From the NCBI GenBank assembly GCA_965223395.1, contig OZ244996.1:2064876-2128875 (forward strand): a DNA stretch of 64,000 nt, read 5' to 3'. The position numbers and the translations under genes are program-made. Under the pieces are notes generated by a model. That model had not been told where the DNA came from and searched no databases. It saw nothing but the letters and a program-made list of their open reading frames with translations. Numbering within the stretch: the first letter of the stretch is position 1; every line of letters begins with the position of its first letter. This stretch comes from Candidatus Promineifilaceae bacterium (GTDB lineage: Bacteria > Chloroflexota > Anaerolineae > Promineifilales > Promineifilaceae). Below, in pieces: positions 22,345 to 33,756 of the stretch.

Positions 22345-23787
22345 ATGACAGTTACATTTGGAACGGATGGATGGCGAGCCGTAATCAGCGACAACTTTAC
22401 TTTTGAAAATTTGCGGTTAGTAACCCAGGCGATAGCCGATTTTGTGTTGGAAGAAAATGCCCAAACCCCATCAGCAGTAATTGGCTTCGACACGCGATTT
22501 TTGTCTGATCGATACGCGGCGGAAGCGGCGCGGGTGTTGGCAGCAAATGGGATTCACGCCTGGCTTTCGCGGGCAGACGCGCCAACGCCCGCCATCAGTT
22601 ACGCCATTGTTCACAAAGTGGCTACTGCCGGCATTATGATCACCGCTAGCCATAATCCGCCCCGGTACAATGGCGTCAAACTAAAAGCCAGCTACGGCGG
22701 CAGCGCTAGCAAAGCCCAACATAATCGGGTCGAACAGCTTTTAGCCCGCAACCAGGCAAACGATTTGCCGCCAAAATTGGTCGATTTTGACCAGGCTAGA
22801 GAAGCGGGAACGATTGAAAAGTTTGATCCTGCCTGGGCATATTACGAACATCTGGGCAAGCTGGTTGATTTAGATTGCATCTCTTCCGGCGAATTGCGGG
22901 TGGTATGCGACGGCATGTTCGGCTCTGGCAGGGGAGTAATTGGCGAAGTGCTAACCAGGGGGCGAACGCGCATTCTAAACATTCGGCACGAAATGAATCC
23001 CGGGTTCGGCGGCATCCATCCCGAACCTATCGCCAAATATTTGCGGACGCTGTGTTCGGCGATTCAGGGGGGCAATTGGGATGTGGGCTTGGCGACAGAT
23101 GGGGATTCTGATCGAATTGGCGCGGTTGATGCCAATGGGGCGTTTGTCGATCCACATCGGATATTTGCCTTGGTGTTGCAATACCTGATCGAAAAGCGGG
23201 GTTGGCGAGGGCGGGTGGCGCGTACTGTCTCTACCACGCGGATGATCGACCGCATCGCTAAGAAGCATGGTTTGACGGTAATCGAAACGCCGGTGGGGTT
23301 CAGTTACATCGCCGATTTGATGATGGAAGGGGATTTTTTGATGGGAGGCGAAGAGTCGGGGGGGATGAGCGTGCAAGGGCATATTCCAGAAGGGGATGGG
23401 GTGCTGATGGGGCTGTTGCTGCTGGAGGTGATGGCGCATGCCGGCAAACCGTTGCACCGGCTTGTCGATGAATTGCTGACGGAATTTGGTCCTGCCCAAT
23501 ACGCCCGCGCCGATCTAAAAATAAGCCGCCCCGTGAACAAAAGCGCTCTATCAAACGGCTTGCAAAAATCTGCCCCGTCAGAGATTGCCGGCATTCAGTT
23601 AGAGCGAGTCGATGTAACCGACGGCATCAAATATTATCTGGCTGACGGCAGTTGGTTGCTGGTGCGACCCTCTGGCACAGAGCCAGTGTTGCGCGTCTAT
23701 GCCGAAGCGGCAAACGATGAGCGGGTGGCAGCCCTGCAAGCTTTTGGCGAAAGGATCGCCAAAGAAACGGAAAATTTACCGGATTAA
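22345..23787 (+). CDS. Phosphoglucomutase/phosphomannomutase family protein
   Basis: TASHNPPRYNG active-site phosphoserine loop; four-domain PGM/PMM length. Confidence 0.85.
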   Translation: MTVTFGTDGWRAVISDNFTFENLRLVTQAIADFVLEENAQTPSAVIGFDTRFLSDRYAAEAARVLAANGIHAWLSRADAPTPAISYAIVHKVATAGIMITASHNPPRYNGVKLKASYGGSASKAQHNRVEQLLARNQANDLPPKLVDFDQAREAGTIEKFDPAWAYYEHLGKLVDLDCISSGELRVVCDGMFGSGRGVIGEVLTRGRTRILNIRHEMNPGFGGIHPEPIAKYLRTLCSAIQGGNWDVGLATDGDSDRIGAVDANGAFVDPHRIFALVLQYLIEKRGWRGRVARTVSTTRMIDRIAKKHGLTVIETPVGFSYIADLMMEGDFLMGGEESGGMSVQGHIPEGDGVLMGLLLLEVMAHAGKPLHRLVDELLTEFGPAQYARADLKISRPVNKSALSNGLQKSAPSEIAGIQLERVDVTDGIKYYLADGSWLLVRPSGTEPVLRVYAEAANDERVAALQAFGERIAKETENLPD

Positions 23788-23790
23788 TCG

Positions 23791-25152
23791 TTATTGCTTG
23801 GCAAACTCGGCGATGATATGGGCGGTGTGGCGGATGCCATTGCGAAAGTTTTTCAGCAGCATATTTTCGTTGGGGGCATGGACATTGCTGCCCGGATACC
23901 CAATGCCGGCAGAGACCACCGGCACATCCAACAGGTGAACAATTGGGTACAGGGGTCCGCTGCCGCCGATCATCGGTTCGACCACCGGTTCCCGTCCATA
24001 CAGTTGGCGGGCTGTCTCAATCGTCATTTGCACAAATGGATGGTCTGGGTCAACCTTTGCTGGTCGCCCGCCGCCCAAATAATCGACAGCTACGTCGGCA
24101 AAACCTCGTTGATCGAGATGTGACCGCAATTTGGCTACGATCTCTTCGGGCGTTTGATTAGGAACCAGGCGAAAATCGACTTTGGCTCGGGCGGTTGCCG
24201 GCAACACCGTCTTTGTGCCCGCTCCCTGATAACCTGATGTCAAGCCGCAGATAGTGCAAGTTGGGGCAAAAACCGCCTGTGTGGCGATCTCCGCCCAATC
24301 CGTCATCCCTTGCAAAAATCCATCTAAACCATACGCTTCGATAAGATCACGGCTGTCATCGGGCAATCGCCCCAAATATTCTAGATCCCGCTCAGTGGGC
24401 GGAATCACATTCTCGTAAAAGCCGGGAATGAGAATACGTTCGTCGCTATCTTTGAGGGAGTTAAGCGCCCAGGTTAGGCGCCAAGCGGCGTTGGGAAAGA
24501 TTGAGCCGCCCAATCCAGAATGGGCGTCTCGGCTAGCAGTGGATACAGATAGCTCAACGAAACAGATGCCTCGCATACCAAGCGTTAAGGTTGGGTTGCC
24601 GGCATAATCGACGGAGCCAAATTCCCAAATACAAGCATCGGCGGCAAACCGTTTTTGATGTTTCTCCACAAATGCCGGCATGTTGGGGCTGCCGATCTCT
24701 TCTTCCCCTTCCACCATCCATTTGATTTTGCATGGCAATGCGCCTAAAACGCTCCGCAAAGCGTCTACCGCTGCCATACGCGCCACAATATGCCCCTTGT
24801 CGTCTGAAATTCCCCGCCCAAAAAATTGGTCTCCCACCCGCGTTATCTCAAACGGAGGCGAGTTCCACAACTCCACTGGATCAGCTGGTTGGACATCATA
24901 ATGGAGATAAAACAACATCGTTTTATCCCCCTCGCCCCCCACGCCATACACCACCGGATGTCCGTCAGACGGCAAAACCTGGCTGGAGAAATCTTGTTCT
25001 TCCAACATAGCGGCAACCAAATGGGCGCACTCCGTTATCCCGTCATTTTGAGCTGAAATACTTGGCTGAGCCACCAGACGAGTCAGCCACTCTAAATATT
25101 TGTCGATGTTGGCGTCGATATGGGCGTCTATTTGAGAAAAGAGGGTAGGCAT
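23791..25152 (-). CDS. M20 family metallopeptidase/deacylase (ArgE/DapE/ACY1 family)
   Basis: HYDVQPADP and GRGISDDKG metal-binding motifs; divergent from argG so possibly ArgE-like. Confidence 0.75.
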   Translation of the reverse strand: MPTLFSQIDAHIDANIDKYLEWLTRLVAQPSISAQNDGITECAHLVAAMLEEQDFSSQVLPSDGHPVVYGVGGEGDKTMLFYLHYDVQPADPVELWNSPPFEITRVGDQFFGRGISDDKGHIVARMAAVDALRSVLGALPCKIKWMVEGEEEIGSPNMPAFVEKHQKRFAADACIWEFGSVDYAGNPTLTLGMRGICFVELSVSTASRDAHSGLGGSIFPNAAWRLTWALNSLKDSDERILIPGFYENVIPPTERDLEYLGRLPDDSRDLIEAYGLDGFLQGMTDWAEIATQAVFAPTCTICGLTSGYQGAGTKTVLPATARAKVDFRLVPNQTPEEIVAKLRSHLDQRGFADVAVDYLGGGRPAKVDPDHPFVQMTIETARQLYGREPVVEPMIGGSGPLYPIVHLLDVPVVSAGIGYPGSNVHAPNENMLLKNFRNGIRHTAHIIAEFAKQ

Positions 25153-25287
25153 GTGGGGTATCTCCAGCTAGAAATCAATTGGAAAAAGGGTAGTTTACGA
25201 TTGGCATGTCAGAAAATCAATATATGGAAATCGAGTTGCCGCTGTTGTTTGCCTCAAATGCCGGCATTCGCTACACTTACCGTGATC

Positions 25288-25374
25288 ATGTTTACTCAGG
25301 CAACCCAAACCCAATTACGCGCTCGCCGTAGCCGTCGCAACCAAACCATTGGTTTGGAATTTTGCGTTGGGTAA
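25288..25374 (+). promoter_or_regulatory. Candidate arginine-codon-rich leader peptide ORF (MFTQATQTQLRARRSRRNQTIGLEFCVG)
   Basis: 28 codons, 5 Arg codons (cgc gct cgc cgt agc cgt cgc) in 7 positions; lies 95 nt upstream of argG and is followed by terminator hairpin. Confidence 0.4.
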
Positions 25375-25405
25375 GAATCGCCTAAATTAAGTAAGGCAAC
25401 GCAAA

Positions 25406-25438
25406 GCGCCAGACCAGCACCGGTCTGGCGCTTTTTTG
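25406..25438 (+). terminator. Intrinsic terminator/attenuator hairpin immediately upstream of argG
   Basis: GCGCCAGACC-agcac-GGTCTGGCGC followed by TTTTTTG; ends about 30 nt before argG ATG. Confidence 0.6.
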
Positions 25439-25468
25439 TTTGCCAAAATGCAAAAAAAAGGAGAAATA

Positions 25469-26698
25469 ATGTCCGCCAAATCACAACTCAAAAAAGTAGT
25501 GCTTGCCTATTCAGGGGGATTAGATACATCTTGCATTGTGCCCTGGCTCAAACACAATTACGGTTGCGAAGTGATCGCTTTTTGCGCCGATTTGGGGCAA
25601 TCTGACCAAGATTTGGATACCGTCGAAGAAAAAGCGATCGCCAGCGGCGCTACGAAATGCATTATCAAAGATTTAAAGGAAGAGCTTGCCAGCGACTATC
25701 TCTTCCCTATGTTGCAATCAGGGGCAATTTACGAAAAACAATATATGTTGGGCACCTCCATCGCCCGTCCGTTAACTGCAAAATGGCAGGTGTTGGTGGC
25801 GGAACAAGAAGGGGCAGACGGTTTGTCTCATGGCTGTACTGGCAAAGGGAACGACCAGGTACGCTTTGAATTGACCTACAAAGCGTTGAACCCCAATCTG
25901 AAGGTGATCGCTCCCTGGAGAGAATGGGATATTCGCTCCCGGGAAGACGCTCTCGATTATGCGGCGGAGTACAATGTGCCCGTTACCCAAACCAAGGAGT
26001 CGCTTTACAGCCGCGATTCCAACTTGTGGCATATGTCGCACGAGGGAGGCATTTTGGAAGATCCGACCAAAGAGCCGTTGGAAGATATGTTTTTATGGAC
26101 AGTTTCGCCCGAAAATGCCCCAGATGCGCCCGAATATGTGGAAATTGCTTTCGAAAAGGGGAATCCAGTCAGTATAAATGGGATCTCCCTTAGTCCAGCA
26201 AATATGGTGCAAAAATTAAACGAAATCGGCAGCAAACATGGGATCGGGCGGGTTGACATCGTGGAGAACCGGTTGGTGGGAATGAAAGCGCGGGGAGTGT
26301 ACGAGACGCCAGGCGGCGCAATTTTGTATGCGGCGCACCGCGAATTGGAATCATTATGTTTGGATCGGGATACATTGCATTACAAAGAGAATTTGGCGCA
26401 TCAATACGCCGATTTGGTCTACTTTGGCAAATGGTTTCACTCGCTGCGAGAAGGGTTACAAGCTTTTTTCACGGAGACGCAAAAGAGAGTGACAGGCTGG
26501 GTGAAGCTGAAACTGTACAAAGGGAATATCGTGGTTGCCGGCAGATATAGCCTTTACAGCTTGTATCGGGAAGATTTTGCCACCTTTGGCGAAGATGATG
26601 TGTACGATCAGAAGCAGGCGGAAGGGTTTATCAATCTGTTTGGCTTGCAAATGCAAGTTAAAGCGGCAATGGAGATGGCGCAAAACGGAAGCGGTTAG
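25469..26698 (+). CDS. argG: Argininosuccinate synthase
   Basis: [11 protein letters not shown]-loop; full-length ArgG similarity; AGGAGA RBS. Confidence 0.9.
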   Translation: MSAKSQLKKVVLAYSGGLDTSCIVPWLKHNYGCEVIAFCADLGQSDQDLDTVEEKAIASGATKCIIKDLKEELASDYLFPMLQSGAIYEKQYMLGTSIARPLTAKWQVLVAEQEGADGLSHGCTGKGNDQVRFELTYKALNPNLKVIAPWREWDIRSREDALDYAAEYNVPVTQTKESLYSRDSNLWHMSHEGGILEDPTKEPLEDMFLWTVSPENAPDAPEYVEIAFEKGNPVSINGISLSPANMVQKLNEIGSKHGIGRVDIVENRLVGMKARGVYETPGGAILYAAHRELESLCLDRDTLHYKENLAHQYADLVYFGKWFHSLREGLQAFFTETQKRVTGWVKLKLYKGNIVVAGRYSLYSLYREDFATFGEDDVYDQKQAEGFINLFGLQMQVKAAMEMAQNGSG

Positions 26699-27891
26699 CT
26701 TTGCATGCCCGCTTGCGGGGATGGCGAGATTGCCGGCGGCGTTTCTTCGACAGATGAGGAAATTGCCGGCATTTCGTCCCCTGCCGTTTCCAATGTGGAC
26801 ACAATTAAATCTTGGCTGGACGGCTCGATATTCACCTGAAAATGTTCCCGGTAAATCTCCAACATGGTTAAAAACAAAATCATAATTACCGGACCATAAA
26901 CCACTCCCCAAAGCCCAAACAAAGACAAGCCGCCAAAAGCGCTAATCACCACCAATGCGGGATTTAAGCGAGCGGTTTTCGGCACCAAGAAGGGGCGCAA
27001 AACAGTGTCGATATTGCTGACGATGAGGAAATATCCCATCAAAATGAGGATACCTTGCCAGGTTTGTCCGGTCAACAATTGGTATAGGGCGACCGGAACA
27101 GCGACGATGCTAGCTCCAAGTGGGATAAACGCTGCGCCAATCGCCATCAATGTCAGGAGCAGCAAAAATCGCACGCTGGCAATAGCAAACAAAATGCCAG
27201 TCAATATGCCCTGAACCAGGGCAATGACCATCACGCCGCGCACCATTGCCACTGTCATAGCAGTGATTTTATCCAGAATCTCCTGGTCAATTTCCTGGGG
27301 CAATGGGCTTAACTCTTTGAGATATTCAATCAATCGTGGATATGCCGGCATCATCCCGCCCAAAACCACCACAAATACCATAAAATTGACCAGCCATTGT
27401 ACCGACGACGAGCCCAAACTGATCAGTAACCCGCTTAACCACGATTGCAATGGTTGAATTAAATCGAGGGCGGTGGCGATCAATTCCGTTTCCGAAAAAT
27501 CGATATTTACAAAAGCAGACAACCCTAGATCATTGATAATTCGATTCAATTGAGAAACGGTGGAAGTTATCAGTTGGGTGACGTCATCTGTACTGGCGGT
27601 CGCGGTATTGATGAACGAGATAAGCTGTTGCAAGGCGGATATGCCGATCCAAATAAGCGGCACCAACACCAGCAGTAAGATGATCAAAATCGCCGCTACC
27701 AATGCCATACCTTGTCTGCCGCGAAACAGGCGAAAAAGATAGAGGTATAAAGGTTGGGAGACGATGACCATCACCAAACCAAACATCATCGCCCCTAAAA
27801 AGGGTTGAACCAATAGGTAGGTGATATAAAAGACGCCCAGCAGCGCTAAATAGAAAAAGACGCGAGTGGCGTTATTAATTCTGGGGGTCAT
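26695..27891 (-). CDS. AI-2E family transporter (UPF0118 membrane protein)
   Basis: 398 aa, about 8 TM helices with architecture and length typical of AI-2E/PerM family. Confidence 0.55.
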   Translation of the reverse strand: MTPRINNATRVFFYLALLGVFYITYLLVQPFLGAMMFGLVMVIVSQPLYLYLFRLFRGRQGMALVAAILIILLLVLVPLIWIGISALQQLISFINTATASTDDVTQLITSTVSQLNRIINDLGLSAFVNIDFSETELIATALDLIQPLQSWLSGLLISLGSSSVQWLVNFMVFVVVLGGMMPAYPRLIEYLKELSPLPQEIDQEILDKITAMTVAMVRGVMVIALVQGILTGILFAIASVRFLLLLTLMAIGAAFIPLGASIVAVPVALYQLLTGQTWQGILILMGYFLIVSNIDTVLRPFLVPKTARLNPALVVISAFGGLSLFGLWGVVYGPVIMILFLTMLEIYREHFQVNIEPSSQDLIVSTLETAGDEMPAISSSVEETPPAISPSPQAGMQS

Positions 27892-27934
27892 TCAGTTAAA
27901 ATCCTGTACAAACAACCAAATCCCATTTGCTTTG

Positions 27935-30631
27935 TTATTCCTTCAAGAAATTTCGCAATACGGTGTGCAAAATACCGCCATTTCGATAATAAACCACTTC
28001 TACTGGGGTATCAATGCGACATTGGGTCTGAAAATCGAATTGGGCGCCGTCTGCCCGCTCCACCCGGATGGTCACTTCCTGTAAAGGTTGCAGGTTGTCG
28101 TCTAAACCAACGATAGAATAGGTTTCCGTACCATCCAGAGCGAGAGATTCAGCCGAATCCCCGGGCAAAAATTGCAACGGCAAGACGCCCATCCCCACCA
28201 AATTCGAACGGTGAATCCGTTCGTAGCTTTGGGCAATGACGAATTTAACGCCCAGCAATAACGTCCCTTTTGCCGCCCAATCGCGGGAACTGCCCATGCC
28301 ATAATCGTTGCCGGCAATAATGCACAATGGAACGCCGTCTGCCTGATATTTAACTGAAGCGTTGTAAATCGGCATCACTTCGCCCGATGGCAAATAGGTG
28401 GTCAATCCACCCTCTGTTCCCACCGCCATATGGTTTCGCAAGCGCACATTGGCAAAAGTGCCTCTGGTCATCACCCGGTCGTTGCCCCGCCGCGAACCAT
28501 ATGAATTGTACATCAACGGTTGCACATCATATTCATTTAAATATTGGGCTGCTGGACTATTGCCGGCAATCGCTCCAGCCGGCGAGATATGGTCGGTGGT
28601 GATCGAATCGCCCGCTTTGACCAAGATTTTGGCGCCAGAAATGTCCCTAATTGGATCAGGTTCACCGCTCAAACCGATGAAAAACGGCGGTTCCTGAATG
28701 TAGGTGGAGTCTGGATTCCACTCATACACCTCGCCGCCTTTAGTCGGTATAGCGTTCCAGGTTTCGTTGGCGCTGTAAATTTTGCCATATTCCCGATTAA
28801 ACATCTCGGTGGTCAATGATTTTTCCACTGCCTCCGCAATTTCAGCCTGGGTGGGCCAAATGTCGCGCAGATAGATGGGGTTTCCATCTTTCGCTACGCC
28901 AATGGGGTCATTTAGCAGATCAATGTCGGTGGCGCCGGCAAGCGCATATGCCACCACCAGCGGCGGCGACGCCAAATAGTTGGCGCGAATTTCTGGGTGC
29001 ATTCTGCCGGCAAAATTGCGATTGCCGCTGGCTACCACCGAAACCACCAAATCCCCCTCTGAGATCGCCGCCGACACCTCTTCCGGCAATGGACCCGAGT
29101 TGCCGATACAGGTGGTACAACCATACCCGACTGTATGGAAACCAAGCTGCTCCAAATACGGAGTCAATCCCGCTTCATCCAAATAGTTGGTCACCACTTT
29201 AGAGCCAGGCGCCAGGCTGGTCTTAACATAAGGAGGCGTTTTCAAGCCCGCTTCAACCGCTTTTTTGGCTAGAATGCCCGCCCCCAACATCACACTGGGG
29301 TTAGAAGTGTTGGTGCAACTGGTTATTGCCGCCATCACCACCGCCCCATGCGATATTTCCGTCTCATGCCCATTTTTGACCACAGCCGAACGGCTTAAAT
29401 CCGCGCCAGACAAATTGTAGCCGCGCTCGCTAACCGGCGCTTGTAATGCCGCTCTAAAGGCAGCTCCCATTTGTGACAGTGGAATGCGATCTTGGGGGCG
29501 AATGGGTCCTGCCAAGCTCGGTTCAATCGACCCCAAATCCAACGTCAATGTATCGGTAAATTCTAACTCTGGGGCAGCGGGATCAAACCACAATCCTTGC
29601 GCTTTGCAATACGCCTCTACAGTAGCGATTAACGCTTCAGGGCGTCCAGTGCGGCGCATATAGGCTAACGTTTCGCCATCCACTGGGAAAAAGCCCATCG
29701 TCGCTCCATATTCCGGCGCCATATTGGCGATGGTAGCCCGGTCAGGCAAACTCATACTGGTTAACCCTTCGCCATAAAATTCCACAAATTTGCCCACTAC
29801 CCCTTTTTCCCGCAACATTTGGGTCACGGTCAGCACCAAGTCGGTGGCGGTCGCCCCTTCGGGCAACTTGCCAGTTAATTTAAACCCGATGACTTCCGGC
29901 GTAAGCATGTAAATTGGTTGACCAAGCATGGCGGCTTCGGCTTCGATGCCGCCCACGCCCCAACCTAAAATGCCCAGTCCGTTGATCATAGTGGTGTGTG
30001 AATCGGTGCCAACCAACGTGTCGGGAAGCAAGATGGTCTGACCGCCATCCGCCGCTTCCATAACTACCTTGCCAAGAAATTCCAAATTGACTTGGTGAAC
30101 GATGCCGCTGGCGGGCGGCACAACGTTAAAGTTATCAAAGGCGCTTTGTCCCCATTTGAGAAATTCATACCGTTCTCTGTTGCGCACAAATTCGCGCTCG
30201 GCATTGAAAAAGAGGGCGGCAGCGGAGCCGAAAGCGTCTACTTGCACGGAATGGTCGATGACCAAATCGACGGGTACCTGAGGATTAATCTTGTTGGGGT
30301 CGCCGCCCATGCGTTGCATGGCGGAGCGCAGCGCGGCTAAATCGACGATTGCCGGCACGCCAGTGAAATCTTGCAATATGACCCGAGCCGGGGTAAAGGG
30401 AATTTCATTTTGCCCCACATCTTTGGCGTTCCAGTTGGCTAACTCTGTTACATGGTCATCGGTCACGACAAAGCCGTCATGATGGCGCAACAGATTTTCC
30501 AACAATATCTTGATGGAGAAGGGGAGTTTGTCGATATGTCCGATGCCGGCATCGGACAAAGCTCCTAAACTATAGTAGCTTACGCCCTCGTCGCCATTAA
30601 ATGATTTTCGCGCCTTAAATTTATTGCTCAT
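27935..30631 (-). CDS. acnA: Aconitate hydratase A
   Basis: 898 aa; aconitase family domains incl. Cys ligand context [15 protein letters not shown], and swivel domain SRRGND. Confidence 0.9.
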   Translation of the reverse strand: MSNKFKARKSFNGDEGVSYYSLGALSDAGIGHIDKLPFSIKILLENLLRHHDGFVVTDDHVTELANWNAKDVGQNEIPFTPARVILQDFTGVPAIVDLAALRSAMQRMGGDPNKINPQVPVDLVIDHSVQVDAFGSAAALFFNAEREFVRNRERYEFLKWGQSAFDNFNVVPPASGIVHQVNLEFLGKVVMEAADGGQTILLPDTLVGTDSHTTMINGLGILGWGVGGIEAEAAMLGQPIYMLTPEVIGFKLTGKLPEGATATDLVLTVTQMLREKGVVGKFVEFYGEGLTSMSLPDRATIANMAPEYGATMGFFPVDGETLAYMRRTGRPEALIATVEAYCKAQGLWFDPAAPELEFTDTLTLDLGSIEPSLAGPIRPQDRIPLSQMGAAFRAALQAPVSERGYNLSGADLSRSAVVKNGHETEISHGAVVMAAITSCTNTSNPSVMLGAGILAKKAVEAGLKTPPYVKTSLAPGSKVVTNYLDEAGLTPYLEQLGFHTVGYGCTTCIGNSGPLPEEVSAAISEGDLVVSVVASGNRNFAGRMHPEIRANYLASPPLVVAYALAGATDIDLLNDPIGVAKDGNPIYLRDIWPTQAEIAEAVEKSLTTEMFNREYGKIYSANETWNAIPTKGGEVYEWNPDSTYIQEPPFFIGLSGEPDPIRDISGAKILVKAGDSITTDHISPAGAIAGNSPAAQYLNEYDVQPLMYNSYGSRRGNDRVMTRGTFANVRLRNHMAVGTEGGLTTYLPSGEVMPIYNASVKYQADGVPLCIIAGNDYGMGSSRDWAAKGTLLLGVKFVIAQSYERIHRSNLVGMGVLPLQFLPGDSAESLALDGTETYSIVGLDDNLQPLQEVTIRVERADGAQFDFQTQCRIDTPVEVVYYRNGGILHTVLRNFLKE

Positions 30632-30908
30632 TTATCCCTCAATCCATTCATTAATTTGCTCGTTGCAGCAACGTTGATATCTTCACAGGTAGGTTATTGG
30701 GATTATACTTAAATCCCATTATTTAAACAGCGTTAGCGGCAAAAATGGCTTCTATACGGGTAGCCAGGGGAGAAACTTTTTTGTCCCAAAAGCGTATATT
30801 AAAATAACCGTTAAAAGCTTTATTTTAACCATATTGCGAGCCAGAATTCAACCACACGATTGGGAGTTGAATCTTCTAAATCGCGCCAAAACTTAAAAGG
30901 AGATAACG

Positions 30909-33092
30909 ATGACTCAGTTGCCACAACAAACGGACAAGCAAGGGGATCGGGCACAACAACCAGCCCAAAGAGTTCGCCAACAGGTAATATCTCGGCAAAG
31001 ACAATTCGCCGAAATGAACGCCAGTGTCGCCAGTTTGCGTACAGAAGCGGATCGAGCTACCAGTTTACTGGGTTTCGGCAAGCGCATTTTGGTGCCGCCA
31101 GACGAAATTCATGTGGTTGTAGGCGATGGGTATCATGTTTATTCGGGCAGCAACGAGCGCAAGGTGTATGGGCAAAGCGCCGACCGACCAGCCCGCTATT
31201 GGCTCAACTCTCATACCCAGGTTATTAAGCTTAAGACGATCAGCTTCACTGTACCTATCCGCGGATATGGCAACCGTGGCGTTGAAGCGTTAGACAATAA
31301 CAAGGTTAGCTTTAGGTTGTGGGCGCATGCCGTAGCCAAACTTAATCCAGAAAAAGCGGAAGTTGCCGCCCAACGAGTGGGAAATGACGCCAGCGGCTTG
31401 ATCAACACTATAACTGAAGTTGGTACGGCTGAACTAATAGCCGCCGCTGCCGGCATGACGCTAGAAAAAATCATTCAAAACCGGCAGCAACTGGCGGAAG
31501 ACGCCTTCCCCAAAGTCAATAATATCTTGTCTGAACTAGGCTACGATCTGGCGTTACTAACCATCACTGAATTGGATGGCGAAGCGTATCGCAAATTGGT
31601 CACTCAGGCTGAAGCGGGCATCTCCAAAGAGACCAGTATCGCCACCAACCGCGAGCAGTTAGCGGAACTGCACGACGACCAAGCCCGCGCCCAGCGTGAA
31701 GCGGAAATCAGCGCCGAAACGGACAAAAAGTTGGCTGCCGAACGGCTGGAAGCGGAACGAGAAGTGCAAACAGCCACCTTGAGTCAACAGGAGCAGTTAA
31801 CTGTGCGTCAGCATGAGATCAATCTGCTGCAAATTGATCGAGAAAAGTCGGCAGCCCAGGCGCAAAATGAAGCGGAGCTGGTCAAAGTTGAATATAGTCG
31901 GAAAGTGAGTTTGGCTGAAGCGGGGCGAGAAGCGGAAATCGCCCGCATAAAGGCGGAGAAAGAGGCGGAGCTTCGAGCATTGGCTCAAAAACGCCAGGCG
32001 GCAATCGTTCTGGCAGAAACAGAAGCTGAGGCAGAAAAGCAAGCTTTAGCCCAACTTCGCGCCATCGAGCGGCGGGCTGAATTGACCCAGGCGGAAGCTG
32101 AACGGCTTCAGGAAGAGCAATTGACCAAAGCGCAGCGAGCCAAAGAGGTGGCATTGGTTGAAGCCAACAAATTGGCGGAAAGTTTAAAGGTGGAAGCTGA
32201 GGCGGAATCGCTAGCATTAAATTTGCGAACGGCAGCAGAAGCAAAAGCGACCTTAACCAAAGCGGAGGCAGAATCGACTTCGGCGGAAAAGCTGGCGCAG
32301 GCGGCAAAAATCAGGGCAGAGGCTGTGCAAGCGGAGAAGGCGGCGCCGGGATTAGCTGATGCAGAAGTAGAAGAAGCCCGGCTGCAAGTTCTGGAACAAC
32401 AGGTAACGGTCAAACGGGCGGAAGGGTTGGCGCAGGCGGAGATCGCCAAAGCGCAAGCGGAGGCGGATGCAGACCGGATGCAGCGAATCAAGCAAGTGGA
32501 AATTGAAGCGCAAAAGAAGCTGGCGACTTTGTATGAGTCGGCTCCAGTTTTGGTTGATTTAGAGCAATTGCGTATGAAATTTGACCACGAATCTAATTTA
32601 ATGCGGATTCAGGCGGATGCCAGGCTAAAGATGTTTGAAGCAATGGCGCCTAATATGAAGATCAATTTGTATGGCAGCGGCGGACAAATGGATGATATTT
32701 TAGGCAATTTGATGAAATTTGCTTATGGCTTGGAAACATTAAAAGCGGAATCTCCAATCGCCGCCAAATTACTATCTGGCAACGGGACTGACGATAACTC
32801 GGCGCCGGGTTTAAGAGAGCATTTCGACAAGTTGATGCCGGCATTGGGCAGCCTGATCAGCGAAACAAATCCCCGCATTTTATCCAGCCTCAAGGTGAAT
32901 GACGTTGTGGCGCGATTGACGCCTGTGGTGTCTGGAGATGAGGATTTGACGGGAGCATTAACCCAACTCAAAGAGGATGCTACGCTGCGAATGATTGGCG
33001 ACATGCCGGTCTCGCCTCTTTTGGAAATGTTAGGCGTAAAAATGCCGGCAAATTCCGAATCGGAAACGACTGAGATAGAGATCGTCAGCTAA
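30909..33092 (+). CDS. SPFH/flotillin-like protein with extended Glu/Ala-rich coiled coil
   Basis: N-terminal band-7/flotillin-like region then about 300 aa of EA-rich heptad repeats (AEAE, AQAEA); AGGAGA RBS. Confidence 0.5.
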   Translation: MTQLPQQTDKQGDRAQQPAQRVRQQVISRQRQFAEMNASVASLRTEADRATSLLGFGKRILVPPDEIHVVVGDGYHVYSGSNERKVYGQSADRPARYWLNSHTQVIKLKTISFTVPIRGYGNRGVEALDNNKVSFRLWAHAVAKLNPEKAEVAAQRVGNDASGLINTITEVGTAELIAAAAGMTLEKIIQNRQQLAEDAFPKVNNILSELGYDLALLTITELDGEAYRKLVTQAEAGISKETSIATNREQLAELHDDQARAQREAEISAETDKKLAAERLEAEREVQTATLSQQEQLTVRQHEINLLQIDREKSAAQAQNEAELVKVEYSRKVSLAEAGREAEIARIKAEKEAELRALAQKRQAAIVLAETEAEAEKQALAQLRAIERRAELTQAEAERLQEEQLTKAQRAKEVALVEANKLAESLKVEAEAESLALNLRTAAEAKATLTKAEAESTSAEKLAQAAKIRAEAVQAEKAAPGLADAEVEEARLQVLEQQVTVKRAEGLAQAEIAKAQAEADADRMQRIKQVEIEAQKKLATLYESAPVLVDLEQLRMKFDHESNLMRIQADARLKMFEAMAPNMKINLYGSGGQMDDILGNLMKFAYGLETLKAESPIAAKLLSGNGTDDNSAPGLREHFDKLMPALGSLISETNPRILSSLKVNDVVARLTPVVSGDEDLTGALTQLKEDATLRMIGDMPVSPLLEMLGVKMPANSESETTEIEIVS

Positions 33093-33106
33093 AAGCCCTA
33101 CCGATA

Positions 33107-33146
33107 TTCGGCAAAAATAGCGGCTGTGCATGACAGCCGCTATTTT
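33107..33146. terminator. Bidirectional intrinsic terminator
   Basis: AAAAATAGCGGCTGT-gcatg-ACAGCCGCTATTTTTT; perfect 11-bp stem flanked by A-run and T-run between convergent genes. Confidence 0.65.
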
Positions 33147-33158
33147 TTGCGGGGATTT

Positions 33159-33689
33159 TCAAATGCCATCCTCTTGCCAAATGCCGGCATAGCGGGGGGA
33201 AAACGGTTTTGATTGTTGCGCCAAATAATGGTAATGGAGTTCCACCAATTGGCGCAGATGGAGCAGATCATGGGCAACCCAGGCGGTCAACATATCCCCC
33301 GCCGTTATCTCGCCCCAGGGGGCAAGATAGCTCGTTTGCCAATTAGGTTGCGTCAATGAACCTAACCAAGCCAACGACGCTTCTCGCTCCTCCAAAAATT
33401 CATCGATAGCTGCCGGCAAATCCCCCTCGTTATAGTTGCGCTCTTCCACCCACCCTTCCGGATCGATAGGCTGCCACTTTTGGTCGGGGTCGTCCGCTAA
33501 AATCACCCGCAACCTCGCCCGAAAATCTTCTCGCTCCTCATCAGCTAGATGGCAAATCACCTCCAATATCGACCACGCCTCCGCCGACGGTTTCCAACGA
33601 GCTTGCTCATCGGATATCCCTTTGGTAAATTGCCAAATCGTTTCCCCTTGCTGGCTCATCTGTCCCATAATTTGATTTAAATTAACCAT
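33159..33689 (-). CDS. DinB/YfiT-like (DinB_2) four-helix-bundle metal-dependent protein
   Basis: Start ATG 33689 after GGAGAAAGG; conserved His positions (ICHLADEE, VAHDLLHLRQL) typical of DinB_2. Confidence 0.55.
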   Translation of the reverse strand: MVNLNQIMGQMSQQGETIWQFTKGISDEQARWKPSAEAWSILEVICHLADEEREDFRARLRVILADDPDQKWQPIDPEGWVEERNYNEGDLPAAIDEFLEEREASLAWLGSLTQPNWQTSYLAPWGEITAGDMLTAWVAHDLLHLRQLVELHYHYLAQQSKPFSPRYAGIWQEDGI

Positions 33690-33756
33690 AACCTTTCTCC
33701 ATTTACACTCCATTGGAGCCACTATCGCCAAAATAGTTTACCTGACCGATACGTTG

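Noticed and set aside
25120-25287. Upstream part of the 84-aa ORF (MGVYLRKEGR...)
   Set aside because: Overlaps the divergent peptidase gene start and promoter; only the Arg-rich 28-codon terminal portion starting at ATG 25288 is reported, as a candidate leader.
28387-29202. Plus-strand ORFs of 66-128 aa opposite aconitase
   Set aside because: Antisense to a highly conserved acnA gene; Trp/Arg-rich shadow composition.
31882-32491. Minus-strand ORFs (127-141 aa) opposite the flotillin coiled coil
   Set aside because: Low-complexity antisense of EA repeats (gives Ala/Ser/Leu-rich nonsense).
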